From Candidatus Saccharimonadales bacterium (GTDB lineage Bacteria > Patescibacteriota > Saccharimonadia > Saccharimonadales > JACQNP01): 64,000 bases of DNA. Positions 42,859-51,243 of this stretch are shown here, piece by piece. The DNA lies in the NCBI GenBank assembly GCA_041742395.1, contig JBGSIS010000002.1:11076-75075 (forward strand), written 5' to 3'. The notes under the pieces were generated by a model. That model worked only from the letters and a program-made list of their open reading frames with translations. It searched no databases and was not told the DNA's origin. Each line of letters starts with the position of its first letter. The stretch's first letter is position 1. The position numbers and the translations under genes are program-made.

Positions 42859-44513
42859 GCGTTTGGTAGAGTCGTATTTATTTTTGCAACTAAGCTATCT
42901 ATTTTTTTACCTTCGCCATTTAAGCTATAGATTACAATCTGTCCAAAAATCATTTCCAGCTCTCCAACATCACTATCATCAATTGATTCAATAAATTTCA
43001 TCAACGCTCTAATACTATTTCCATGGGCCACGATAAGTACATTTTTGCCCTCAGCCAAAAGTGGCAATATTTTATCTAAGTAGAAAGGCACAACTCTTTC
43101 ATAGACCATTTTCAATGTTTCGCCATTTGGAACTGGCACATCCCAACCTCTTCTTATATCATTAAAAGCTTCTTCACCTAAAAGATCTCTAATTTCCCAT
43201 TTATTCTTACCAGTATAATCACCGTAATCCCTTTCGTTTAGGGAGCTATTCGGAGTAATGTCTACGTCAAATTGCTGAGAAGCATTTAAAACACCCTCTA
43301 AAGTTTCCCTAGTTCTAATTTGTTCAGAACAAAATGCAATATCTACCTTAATGCCAATGTTTTTTAATGACTGTCCTAATAGGGCAGATTGCTTGAAACC
43401 CTTTTCGCTTAGATGAACGTCGGTAATACCTGTCCACTGACCAGTTGCGTTCCATTCTGACTCGGCATGTCGAACGACAAGTAACTTACCTATTGGCTTT
43501 TTAATAGGTTCCACCTTATTAGGTGTGTCTCCATACCAAAAGTTCATAATATTTTTTGCAGTTGTTACGTTTATTCTCTGAATTGCCTCGACAGTATTAA
43601 AGGCATTATGCGGGCTTACAATTACGTTAGGCATCTTCTTTAAAACAGATATCTCAACACTATGCCTAAAGACCTCCTCTGGTAAAACCTCACTCCTTAA
43701 AAGTGCTGTTTCTTCATGATGATTGAGAAGTGCCTCGCCCTCAACTACGTCAATCGCAGCTCCACCTATTCTGCCGGAGTCAAGTACTTCAATTAATGAC
43801 TTAGTGTCAACTAACTCTCCCCTAGCTGTGTTAATTAGAATTGAACCTGCTTTCATTTTATTCAATCTTTCACTATTCATAATATGGTGGGTAGCGGGCA
43901 AATAAGGAGTATGGAGTGAAATTACATCAGATTCTTCAAGTAGTTGATCCAAGTTAACATACTTAAAGTTTAAGGAGTCTTGTAGTTCATTTTTTGGAAA
44001 AGCATCATAAGCAATAACTTTCATCGAAAAACCATTAGCAATTTTAATAGATTTTTGACCTATGTGTCCCGTTCCAATAACCCCAAATGTTTTTCCATCC
44101 AAATCATGACCATTAAGTTGCTGAGGAGAAAACTGTTGGTTTTCGGCTGCTAATACTTCTGGTATTTTTCTCTGAAGTGCTAAAAGAAGAGTAAATGCAT
44201 ATTCTGCAACAGTTGATTCACCATAAGTTGGTACATTTACTACTGTAATTCCTTTTTCTTTTATAGCGTCAAAGTCAATATTATTAAATCCGGTGGACCT
44301 ACAAGCTATTAGCTTAAGTCTGGGCATAGCTTCAATCATCTGCCTGGTTACACTACTTGTGACAAAAATTGAAATTACTTCTGCATCTTGATTTATATTA
44401 TCGTTGCTAATTTTATCTTCAATAAATTCCCAGCTGTGATCTGTTTCAGCTAAAGCATCACTAAGATGTTTTTTGTCTAATTCTGTTGAGTCATAAAAAT
44501 ATATTAATGCCAT
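42855..44513 (-). CDS. fusion protein: D-isomer-specific 2-hydroxyacid dehydrogenase (N) + cofactor-dependent phosphoglycerate mutase (C)
   Basis: The N-domain (~1-330) has GVIGTGHIGQ (NAD binding), NTARGELVD, DVVEGE and SPHNAFNT (Arg/Glu/His triad). The C-domain (~345-552) has LLVVRHAESEWNATGQWTG, SEQIRTRET and IVAHGNSIRAL. Confidence 0.8.
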   Translation of the reverse strand: MALIYFYDSTELDKKHLSDALAETDHSWEFIEDKISNDNINQDAEVISIFVTSSVTRQMIEAMPRLKLIACRSTGFNNIDFDAIKEKGITVVNVPTYGESTVAEYAFTLLLALQRKIPEVLAAENQQFSPQQLNGHDLDGKTFGVIGTGHIGQKSIKIANGFSMKVIAYDAFPKNELQDSLNFKYVNLDQLLEESDVISLHTPYLPATHHIMNSERLNKMKAGSILINTARGELVDTKSLIEVLDSGRIGGAAIDVVEGEALLNHHEETALLRSEVLPEEVFRHSVEISVLKKMPNVIVSPHNAFNTVEAIQRINVTTAKNIMNFWYGDTPNKVEPIKKPIGKLLVVRHAESEWNATGQWTGITDVHLSEKGFKQSALLGQSLKNIGIKVDIAFCSEQIRTRETLEGVLNASQQFDVDITPNSSLNERDYGDYTGKNKWEIRDLLGEEAFNDIRRGWDVPVPNGETLKMVYERVVPFYLDKILPLLAEGKNVLIVAHGNSIRALMKFIESIDDSDVGELEMIFGQIVIYSLNGEGKKIDSLVAKINTTLPNA

Positions 44514-44562
44514 TTGATATTTATTATGGCATAAGCACTAGCTTTATGAGAATATTAAATTA

Positions 44563-45828
44563 ATGGAAATTCAAAATATTATTGCTAGACAAATCCTAGA
44601 CTCACGCGGAAATCCAACCGTAGAAGCAGATGTATGGCTAAATAACGGGGTATTTGGAAGGGCAGCAGTTCCGTCTGGAGCCTCAACGGGAATTCATGAA
44701 GCTCATGAATTAAGAGACGGCGGAAACGAATACTTTGGAATGGCAGTTTTAAATGCTGTTGAAAATATACACAATGAAATCAAGCCAGCATTAATTGGCA
44801 TAAGAGCGGATGATCAGTTTCTTATTGATCAGAAAATGATTGATATAGATGGTATGCCTAATAAAAGCCGGCTAGGGGCTAACGCAATATTGGCTGTATC
44901 TCTTGCCTGTGCACACGCAGCTGCCAAAGCTAGAGGAATTTTACTTTATTCTCATATTTCTGATATCGCTCATAACCCCGACAAAATGCTACCGATTCCA
45001 ATGATGAACGTCCTAAATGGTGGTAAACATGCCAATGATTCTACGGATATCCAAGAAACCATGATAATTCCAAAATCCGCTAAAAGTTTTACACAGGCTA
45101 TCCAAATTGGTGCAGAAGTATTCCATGAGCTCAAAAAACTACTCTCTGAATTAGGAGAATCAACTGCAGTCGGAGATGAAGGTGGATTTACACTACATGT
45201 TAAGAATGGAAACTCTGAAGCACTTGAAGTTTTGTCACAAGCAATCAGTAATGCTGGATATATAGTCGGACAAGATGTCGTATTTGCGCTTGACGTTGCC
45301 GCAAGTGAACTTTTTGAAGAAAATAAATACAATCTACCGTGCGATAAATTATCAATGAACTCGAATGAATTAATTACTTGGTATCAAAATCTAGTCAAAC
45401 AATATCCAATAGCTTCAATTGAAGATGGATTATCTCAAGATGATTGGGACGGATGGCAAACTCTTACATCACAACTAAATAACATACAGTTGGTTGGTGA
45501 TGATTTACTGGTCACTAACGTAGAAAGACTACAAAGAGCAATTAATCTAGATGCCGCAAATTCCATACTTATAAAGCCCAACCAAATTGGTACACTTACC
45601 GAAACAATTCGTGCCATTCAAATGGCTAAAAATAATGGTTGGAATACAATAATTTCTCACCGTTCTGGTGAAACAGAGGACGTGAGTATTGCTCATATTG
45701 CTATAGGCACCGGAGCTGGTCAGATAAAGACCGGGAGTTTATCCAGGAGCGAACGAACTGCAAAACATAATGAAATTATGCGAATAGAATCAATTGATCC
45801 AACCTTGAAACTTTTTAATCCGTTTTAA
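44563..45828 (+). CDS. eno: enolase
   Basis: Motifs ILDSRGNPTVE, SGASTG, GDDLLVTN, LIKPNQIGTLTET and SHRSGETED. Confidence 0.95.
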   Translation: MEIQNIIARQILDSRGNPTVEADVWLNNGVFGRAAVPSGASTGIHEAHELRDGGNEYFGMAVLNAVENIHNEIKPALIGIRADDQFLIDQKMIDIDGMPNKSRLGANAILAVSLACAHAAAKARGILLYSHISDIAHNPDKMLPIPMMNVLNGGKHANDSTDIQETMIIPKSAKSFTQAIQIGAEVFHELKKLLSELGESTAVGDEGGFTLHVKNGNSEALEVLSQAISNAGYIVGQDVVFALDVAASELFEENKYNLPCDKLSMNSNELITWYQNLVKQYPIASIEDGLSQDDWDGWQTLTSQLNNIQLVGDDLLVTNVERLQRAINLDAANSILIKPNQIGTLTETIRAIQMAKNNGWNTIISHRSGETEDVSIAHIAIGTGAGQIKTGSLSRSERTAKHNEIMRIESIDPTLKLFNPF

Positions 45829-45849
45829 ATAACAAATAGAATATTTAAT

Positions 45850-47484
45850 TTAAAATTTATTGTCACTATTCTTAGCTTTGGTTTTATTACGAATGCCTGT
45901 TTTGCTCTCGAAATATATTAATCCATAAATACTTACCGTAAGAAAACTAAGCAAAAGAAATATTTCTCCAGAAAGTGTATAAAAAGTTTTTTGGCTATTT
46001 GTTTTAAATTCAAAATCTGTAAATTTGGTATCATTTGCTCCTGGCCTAACAATATAATCTCCGTTTTGATCAAAAACAAAGGCAGATGCACCTTTAGAAG
46101 CCTGGATATATGGCCTACTATTAGCAACTGCGTGAAATTTTGCCATCATAAGAGACTGCCTAAAATATGACTTTGAGTTATTAAAAATTAATAGGGAAGC
46201 ACTATTTGTAAAAACTTCGGCACCAGACCTTGATAAGTTTCTATATATTTCCCTACTTAATATCCCGGAACAAGCAACTGATCCATATTCAACGCCATTA
46301 TTTTCAAATAGTCTAGGGTTTTCGCCTCTTAATATCTGCCTAGAGTTGTTATATTTTTCAGTGATGTATGATTGATTTGCTAGCTTATAAAATGTACTTA
46401 TTATGTAGGGCAAATACTCTCCGGTTGGAATGAGAAGCTGTTTTGACTGCGAATCAATTAGGGCTCCTTCATTATTCCTCATTTCTAGCTTTCCATACCT
46501 TTTATTGTCCATTACATATTCTTCTCCAACATTTACTGCCACGCCATTTTCAGCCAATCTATTATCTATTTGTTCTGTTCTAAACTTAGAAAATCCTAGT
46601 TCATAAGTACTTGAATATTCCGGTAGAACAATTAGATCTTTTTTTTCGTTAGTATTATTACTTACAGGTGTTGTCACAACCAGGTTAGGTGTCTGTTTTT
46701 CAATTTGTAGAACCGAAGCTCTGCTACGTATAGAATTCGATGGTAAATAGATCTTCCAAGAAAATACTGTAAGTAAAGCAACTATTATTATTGAAGATAT
46801 CAATAACTTTTTAAAAGAACTGTCTTTTTTACTTAAAAACACATTTAATAAAGTTGAGACTACAAATACTGCTAAGAAACTAAGGCCATACATCCCAACT
46901 ATTCTCGATAAATACGCAAGGGGCGTAAACATTAAGGCCATACCTAAGTCTCCGAAATTCCAAAAATCCCCAAAGCTAGCACCTGGCCCATATAAAAAGA
47001 TAGAGAATCCAATACTTTTAATATATTCCGTAATTACCCAAAGTGCCGACAAAAGTAATATCAATAGGAATCTATTTTTTATAGACTCTTTGATTGTTAA
47101 TAAAACTGACAAGGGTAACGTCAATAGTGTTAGAAAAACTACCATAATGATGTAGCTTATCAGCGATGCTTTTTCTGCACTTTTAGTACTTACTTCAATT
47201 AAACCATTTACATCAGACTGCAAAAACCAAACTAGAACCATAGAATGAAAGCCTATAAAGAATGAAAAAGTTCTAATTATGGAATTCTTTAGTTTCCAGT
47301 CTATTTTTATGAAAAATTGTATTAAATATGGAGCGATAAATACGAATAATAACAAAGGAGTTATACCGTAAGAAAATACCGACCCAGACAACATACCAAA
47401 TAATAATAGTATGTAAATATAATGGGGAGATTTAACCAGCTTAATTAATTTAAGTCTGTAATAAGAAGAATGCATAAATGTCAT
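45850..47484 (-). CDS. apolipoprotein N-acyltransferase-like protein (polytopic N-domain + CN-hydrolase domain)
   Basis: ~7 N-terminal TM helices. The C-terminal nitrilase-fold Glu/Lys/Cys contexts are LIVLPEYS, KQLLIPTGEYLP and GSVACSGIL. There is a final TM helix. Confidence 0.6.
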   Translation of the reverse strand: MTFMHSSYYRLKLIKLVKSPHYIYILLLFGMLSGSVFSYGITPLLLFVFIAPYLIQFFIKIDWKLKNSIIRTFSFFIGFHSMVLVWFLQSDVNGLIEVSTKSAEKASLISYIIMVVFLTLLTLPLSVLLTIKESIKNRFLLILLLSALWVITEYIKSIGFSIFLYGPGASFGDFWNFGDLGMALMFTPLAYLSRIVGMYGLSFLAVFVVSTLLNVFLSKKDSSFKKLLISSIIIVALLTVFSWKIYLPSNSIRSRASVLQIEKQTPNLVVTTPVSNNTNEKKDLIVLPEYSSTYELGFSKFRTEQIDNRLAENGVAVNVGEEYVMDNKRYGKLEMRNNEGALIDSQSKQLLIPTGEYLPYIISTFYKLANQSYITEKYNNSRQILRGENPRLFENNGVEYGSVACSGILSREIYRNLSRSGAEVFTNSASLLIFNNSKSYFRQSLMMAKFHAVANSRPYIQASKGASAFVFDQNGDYIVRPGANDTKFTDFEFKTNSQKTFYTLSGEIFLLLSFLTVSIYGLIYFESKTGIRNKTKAKNSDNKF

Positions 47485-47498
47485 TTGGGTCTACACGA

Positions 47499-48653
47499 TT
47501 ACTGACATGGTCCGCCTGCCCAAGTGGCATTTAGGAAAGTATGATAAACTTTATTATTCGCCAAATCATGGTAAGCACCATTCCCCTGACATTTTCCCTT
47601 ATTGTTAACTAAATTAGCAAAGTGAGCCTGACTTGCTACGTATGTATTGAAAAGCAAAGGCGAATAGTTAGCTTGAACTCCGACTACGCCAACGTTCTCT
47701 CCAATAAATCTCCAGGTATTACTAGCTCCTGATTTTTGTGAGTTTGAAGCATCATATGTGAACCCCTCACCTTCACAATACTTTTTTATCAGCGTACCTG
47801 TATTCTGATTGTGATAAATAAATCCAGATTTTGCCATTGTTAGAGCCCACTCTGAAGCCGCCAGGTCAAGACATGACCTACCCTGAAACTGGTATAGACC
47901 CCTAGATGCCCTTAGACTGTTATTTCTTCGGGCTTGGTCTGTAGACAAGCCATTATCTACATTATATCCAGGAACATTTTGTCCAGCTTCCGCTCGACCA
48001 ACAATTCCGGACACTAACTTATCGACTAATGAGAATTTCTTTCCAGATGAACGGGCTGGCTCAGGCACCTTAAATTCTTTTGGATTTCCTCTTTTAACTT
48101 TTTTGTTGGCATATTTTTGGCAAGTTTTAACAATTTTATCCTGCATTTTAACTAATTTATCTGGTTTAGAAGAATTTTTATCTATCGAAGTTGCTGTAAC
48201 TCCATTTGGCGTAGTAATAACAAAAGCTTCGTTATCTACTACAACATTAGGATTAGAATAAATATTTAATGGTAAATCTTGAACTTTAAGTGATTCTACT
48301 TCTTTATAAAGCTTCTTAAGCTGTTTAGTAGAAAGCTTTCCCTCGACTAGTTCACCACCTGTACCACTGTCACAATGTAAAGTACCATCACCTCTAACTG
48401 CATAAACTTCCGATAACGATTCAAATTTATACGTATCTGAAGCTAAATCGTGTACTAGTGAAGTAGGGTTTGATCTATAGTACTCCAATAATAGTTCATT
48501 AGGGGAAACACTAACTGCTGGAGCTGCCATAGTCCTAAAAAGATAAATTGATCCGATAAGTGCAAATAAAACTACAGAAAGGACGAATAGTTTTTCCCTC
48601 TTGAAGTGTTTTCGATTTACTTTACTTTTTTTCTTTGCTTTTATTGAAGGCAT
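47499..48653 (-). CDS. secreted protein with C-terminal CAP/SCP (PR-1-like) domain
   Basis: Signal-anchor helix LFVLSVVLFALIGSIYLF. The C-terminal part has LDLAASEWALTMAKSGFIYHN, GENVG and SQAHFANLVN, resembling the YkwD/CAP pattern. Confidence 0.55.
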   Translation of the reverse strand: MPSIKAKKKSKVNRKHFKREKLFVLSVVLFALIGSIYLFRTMAAPAVSVSPNELLLEYYRSNPTSLVHDLASDTYKFESLSEVYAVRGDGTLHCDSGTGGELVEGKLSTKQLKKLYKEVESLKVQDLPLNIYSNPNVVVDNEAFVITTPNGVTATSIDKNSSKPDKLVKMQDKIVKTCQKYANKKVKRGNPKEFKVPEPARSSGKKFSLVDKLVSGIVGRAEAGQNVPGYNVDNGLSTDQARRNNSLRASRGLYQFQGRSCLDLAASEWALTMAKSGFIYHNQNTGTLIKKYCEGEGFTYDASNSQKSGASNTWRFIGENVGVVGVQANYSPLLFNTYVASQAHFANLVNNKGKCQGNGAYHDLANNKVYHTFLNATWAGGPCQ

Positions 48654-48754
48654 TATTCTATATTAATTAGGTTTACTGCCCTAATAATAGGAACATAACT
48701 TATTTTTGTAAAGCTTATGTTTTTATACTAATAGCCCAGTTCTAGCCAGAGAAA

Positions 48755-49732
48755 CTAAATTTTATATTCAAGTTCTTCTAAAATTGCATCATCAATCTCA
48801 ACAAATCCAGATTTTTCAGCTTCTTCCCGGGCCAATTGAGCTCGCTCTCCAGGTAATCTTACTTCGCTTTCACCAGGCTTCTTTCGAGCAGACTTAACTT
48901 TATTTATTAAGTCTGTACAACTAGATTTGAATTCATCTACATCAACTAATAAATCTGGGTCAATTGCTATAAATATCGCACCCCATTCGCCTTCAAGATC
49001 TGCATAGGCGGCTTTTACTAAGGGGCCCGCCATAATTTCAACCATCATGCCAATACCAGATCCTTTATATCCTCTGTCAAATGGTAGTAATGCTCCGTCC
49101 ATAGCTTTGATTGGATCAGTTGTAATATTGCCGTCTTTATCTATCGCCATGTTATCTGGAATTTGTTCGCCTTTAGCCTTTGCAATTACAAGTCCATACC
49201 AAGTCATTATTGATGTAGCCATATCAAAAACTAATGGCTTGTTTTGGGTTGGAAATGAAAATCCTATTGGATTTGTACCGAATAATGGGTCAATGGTGTT
49301 AAAGGGCGCCACCGAAGCTGGTTGACTACATAAAACAATACCGATTAGATCCTCTTGGGCGATTCGCTCAGCGTAATATGCCTGAGCACCGTTACTGGAA
49401 AAATAGTTATGTACGCCAACTAATCCGAATCCGTGCTCTTTAGCTTTTTTTATAACTACATCTGTTGCAATACCCGACACAAGTGGCGCAGGATTAGCCC
49501 CAGCATTTATTAATTGCGAAAGTTTAGTGTCACGTTCTACTTTAATTTCGTGTATGGGCTTTATGTCTTGAACAGGCTCAGTTCCTGTCATCTTTATGAG
49601 TCCTTGTGTCTTATTTCCTGACATATCTGCCCAAAGCAAGTAATCTGCAATAATGTCTGCATCTTCTTGAGTAAAGTTATTTAATAAAGTCCCTATAATC
49701 TTTCTTCTAAGTTCTGTGATGGCTATTTTCAT
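48755..49732 (-). CDS. Ldh_2 family (malate/L-lactate/sulfolactate-type) NAD(P)H-dependent oxidoreductase
   Basis: The overall pattern is typical of the type-2 malate/lactate dehydrogenase family (ADYLLWADMSGNKTQGL, GTNPIGFSFP, YKGSGIGMMVEIMAGPL). Confidence 0.7.
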   Translation of the reverse strand: MKIAITELRRKIIGTLLNNFTQEDADIIADYLLWADMSGNKTQGLIKMTGTEPVQDIKPIHEIKVERDTKLSQLINAGANPAPLVSGIATDVVIKKAKEHGFGLVGVHNYFSSNGAQAYYAERIAQEDLIGIVLCSQPASVAPFNTIDPLFGTNPIGFSFPTQNKPLVFDMATSIMTWYGLVIAKAKGEQIPDNMAIDKDGNITTDPIKAMDGALLPFDRGYKGSGIGMMVEIMAGPLVKAAYADLEGEWGAIFIAIDPDLLVDVDEFKSSCTDLINKVKSARKKPGESEVRLPGERAQLAREEAEKSGFVEIDDAILEELEYKI

Positions 49733-49782
49733 AACAACATCATAACAGATAATAATAGAACTTTAAACAGGGGTGGTAAAAA

Positions 49783-49813
49783 TAAAAAAACCAACATAAT
49801 GCTTGGTTTTTTT
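49783..49813. terminator. A/T-flanked hairpin (AAAAAAACCAA...TTGGTTTTTTT), probable terminator after tRNA-Glu
   Basis: Seen directly downstream of the tRNA 3' end on the minus strand. The stem is short and AT-rich. Confidence 0.4.
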
Positions 49814-49825
49814 GACTATCTAAAT

Positions 49826-49900
49826 TGGTGACCTCAAGGGGAATCGAACCCCTATTACCAGGATGAAAACCTGGCGTCCTAACCGTTAGACGATGAGGCC
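49826..49900 (-). tRNA. tRNA-Glu (anticodon UUC), CCA encoded
   Basis: The minus strand reads GGCCTCATCGTCTAACGGTTAGGACGCCAGGTTTTCATCCTGGTAATAGGGGTTCGATTCCCCTTGAGGTCACCA. It has a 7-bp acceptor stem, anticodon stem CCAGG/CCTGG with loop UUUUCAU, and T-arm GGGG-TTCGATT-CCCC. Confidence 0.9.
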
Positions 49901-49957
49901 ATTTATATATAAATTAGTTTGACCGCGATATTGTATCATAACAGATATAGTTTTTCA

Positions 49958-49993
49958 AAAATCCCCCCACCCCGATTTGGGATGAGGGGATTT
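49958..49993. terminator. GC-rich hairpin AAATCCCC...GGGGATTT, terminator of the LPXTG operon (possibly bidirectional)
   Basis: 8-bp outer stem. T-runs follow on both strands. Confidence 0.5.
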
Positions 49994-50111
49994 GTTTTAC
50001 GATTTTTGTTTAATCAGAGCGGTCAGTCAGTGCCCTAGTTCAATCTTACAGTAGCATATTACCGCTAATATTGCTATTGTTTATCCACAGAATGTTTGTA
50101 AAATATCTATC

Positions 50112-51221
50112 TTACAAACTGCGCTTGCGTCGATTGTAAACATGATGTGCTGCTGCACCTGCAGCTGATGTAGCACTGAATAGGCCGAAGATTTCACCGG
50201 CACCCGTGTCAGGAAGTGTTGTTGGTACTTCAGGAGTTACAGGTGTAACAGGAGTTACTGGTGTAACTGGCTTCCCGTTTTCAAATGTTACAGTCTTAGT
50301 ACAATTTGTGCTATCAACCCACTTTTCTTCACCGTTAGGTAGTTTCACTAGGACACGTCCTTTTATAGTGTAAGTACCATCTTTGGCGTAAGTGTGAGTA
50401 TCAGTTTGTGCACTACTCTTCGATCCATCGCCCCAGTTGATTTCGTAGCCAACGATTTTTGCACCGTTAGTTGCTACACCATTAACTGTTGCTGTAACTT
50501 TCCTAGTCACACTGTCATCAACTTTTACATCAGTTGCCTTACATTCGTACTTAGGTGTTTCTGGCTTTGGAGCTTCTTTAACTTCTACTACTAGTCTAAC
50601 TAGTACAGTTTGATCCCAACATCCCCACATGTTTCCATCAGGTGCATTAGTACCTATTGGAGCACCGGTTGTAACAATACTGTCACTTAGTGGCTTTACG
50701 CCAGAACCTTGGTTAAACTGCTCTGCTGTGCCTGCAACGTAACTTAGAGTAACCACTCTTCCGTCAGTACAAGTAATAGTCATTGTATCGCTAACAGATG
50801 CAGCATTACTTGAACTAATAGTTGCACTTGGAGTAAAGTTGCTTGCCTGGCTTCCAGGAAGAGCTACCTTTACTTTAGTGTTTTTAGCTACGCTAGGACC
50901 TGTTCCATTGTTGTTTTGGTACTGGCTTGCGCCGTTGTGAACGTAAACTCTTAGTAAGAATCTTTGACCTGTAGTACAGGTGCTCTTGACATCATTTACT
51001 GATGCGCTTGTTGAACCGTAAACTTTTCCCTTAAAGAAGTCAGACTCGTTTCCTTCGTTTGGTGTTCCAGAATAAACATTAAATGCTGGTACTGGTGAAG
51101 GAGGTGTGTTCGCTCCTGTATATGGAATTGCTTGAACTTTTGGAGTTGCGATAAAAGCTATTAGCGTAAAAGCTAGTATGGCTAAGATCGCTCTTTTGAT
51201 TGATAGTTTATAAAATTTCAT
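50112..51221 (-). CDS. LPXTG-anchored cell-surface protein with PKD-like domain
   Basis: Signal peptide (ILAILAFTLIAFIATPKVQA). PKD-like segment YEINWGDGSKSSAQTDTHTYAKDGTYTIKGRV. (PVT)x4 linker. Sorting signal LPDTG + hydrophobic stretch + RRKRSL. Confidence 0.8.
   Translation of the reverse strand: MKFYKLSIKRAILAILAFTLIAFIATPKVQAIPYTGANTPPSPVPAFNVYSGTPNEGNESDFFKGKVYGSTSASVNDVKSTCTTGQRFLLRVYVHNGASQYQNNNGTGPSVAKNTKVKVALPGSQASNFTPSATISSSNAASVSDTMTITCTDGRVVTLSYVAGTAEQFNQGSGVKPLSDSIVTTGAPIGTNAPDGNMWGCWDQTVLVRLVVEVKEAPKPETPKYECKATDVKVDDSVTRKVTATVNGVATNGAKIVGYEINWGDGSKSSAQTDTHTYAKDGTYTIKGRVLVKLPNGEEKWVDSTNCTKTVTFENGKPVTPVTPVTPVTPEVPTTLPDTGAGEIFGLFSATSAAGAAAHHVYNRRKRSL
50231..50270 (-). repeat. short in-frame tandem repeat encoding PVTPVTPVTPVT linker
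   Basis: Four 9-nt GGNGTNACN units on the plus strand, inside the LPXTG gene. Confidence 0.6.
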
Positions 51222-51243
51222 CTTATTGTCTCCTTATTACTTT

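Noticed and set aside
50231-50270. Short tandem DNA repeat checked as a possible CRISPR or minisatellite
   Set aside because: It has only four 9-nt units, in frame, encoding a PVT linker of the LPXTG protein. It has no spacer structure.
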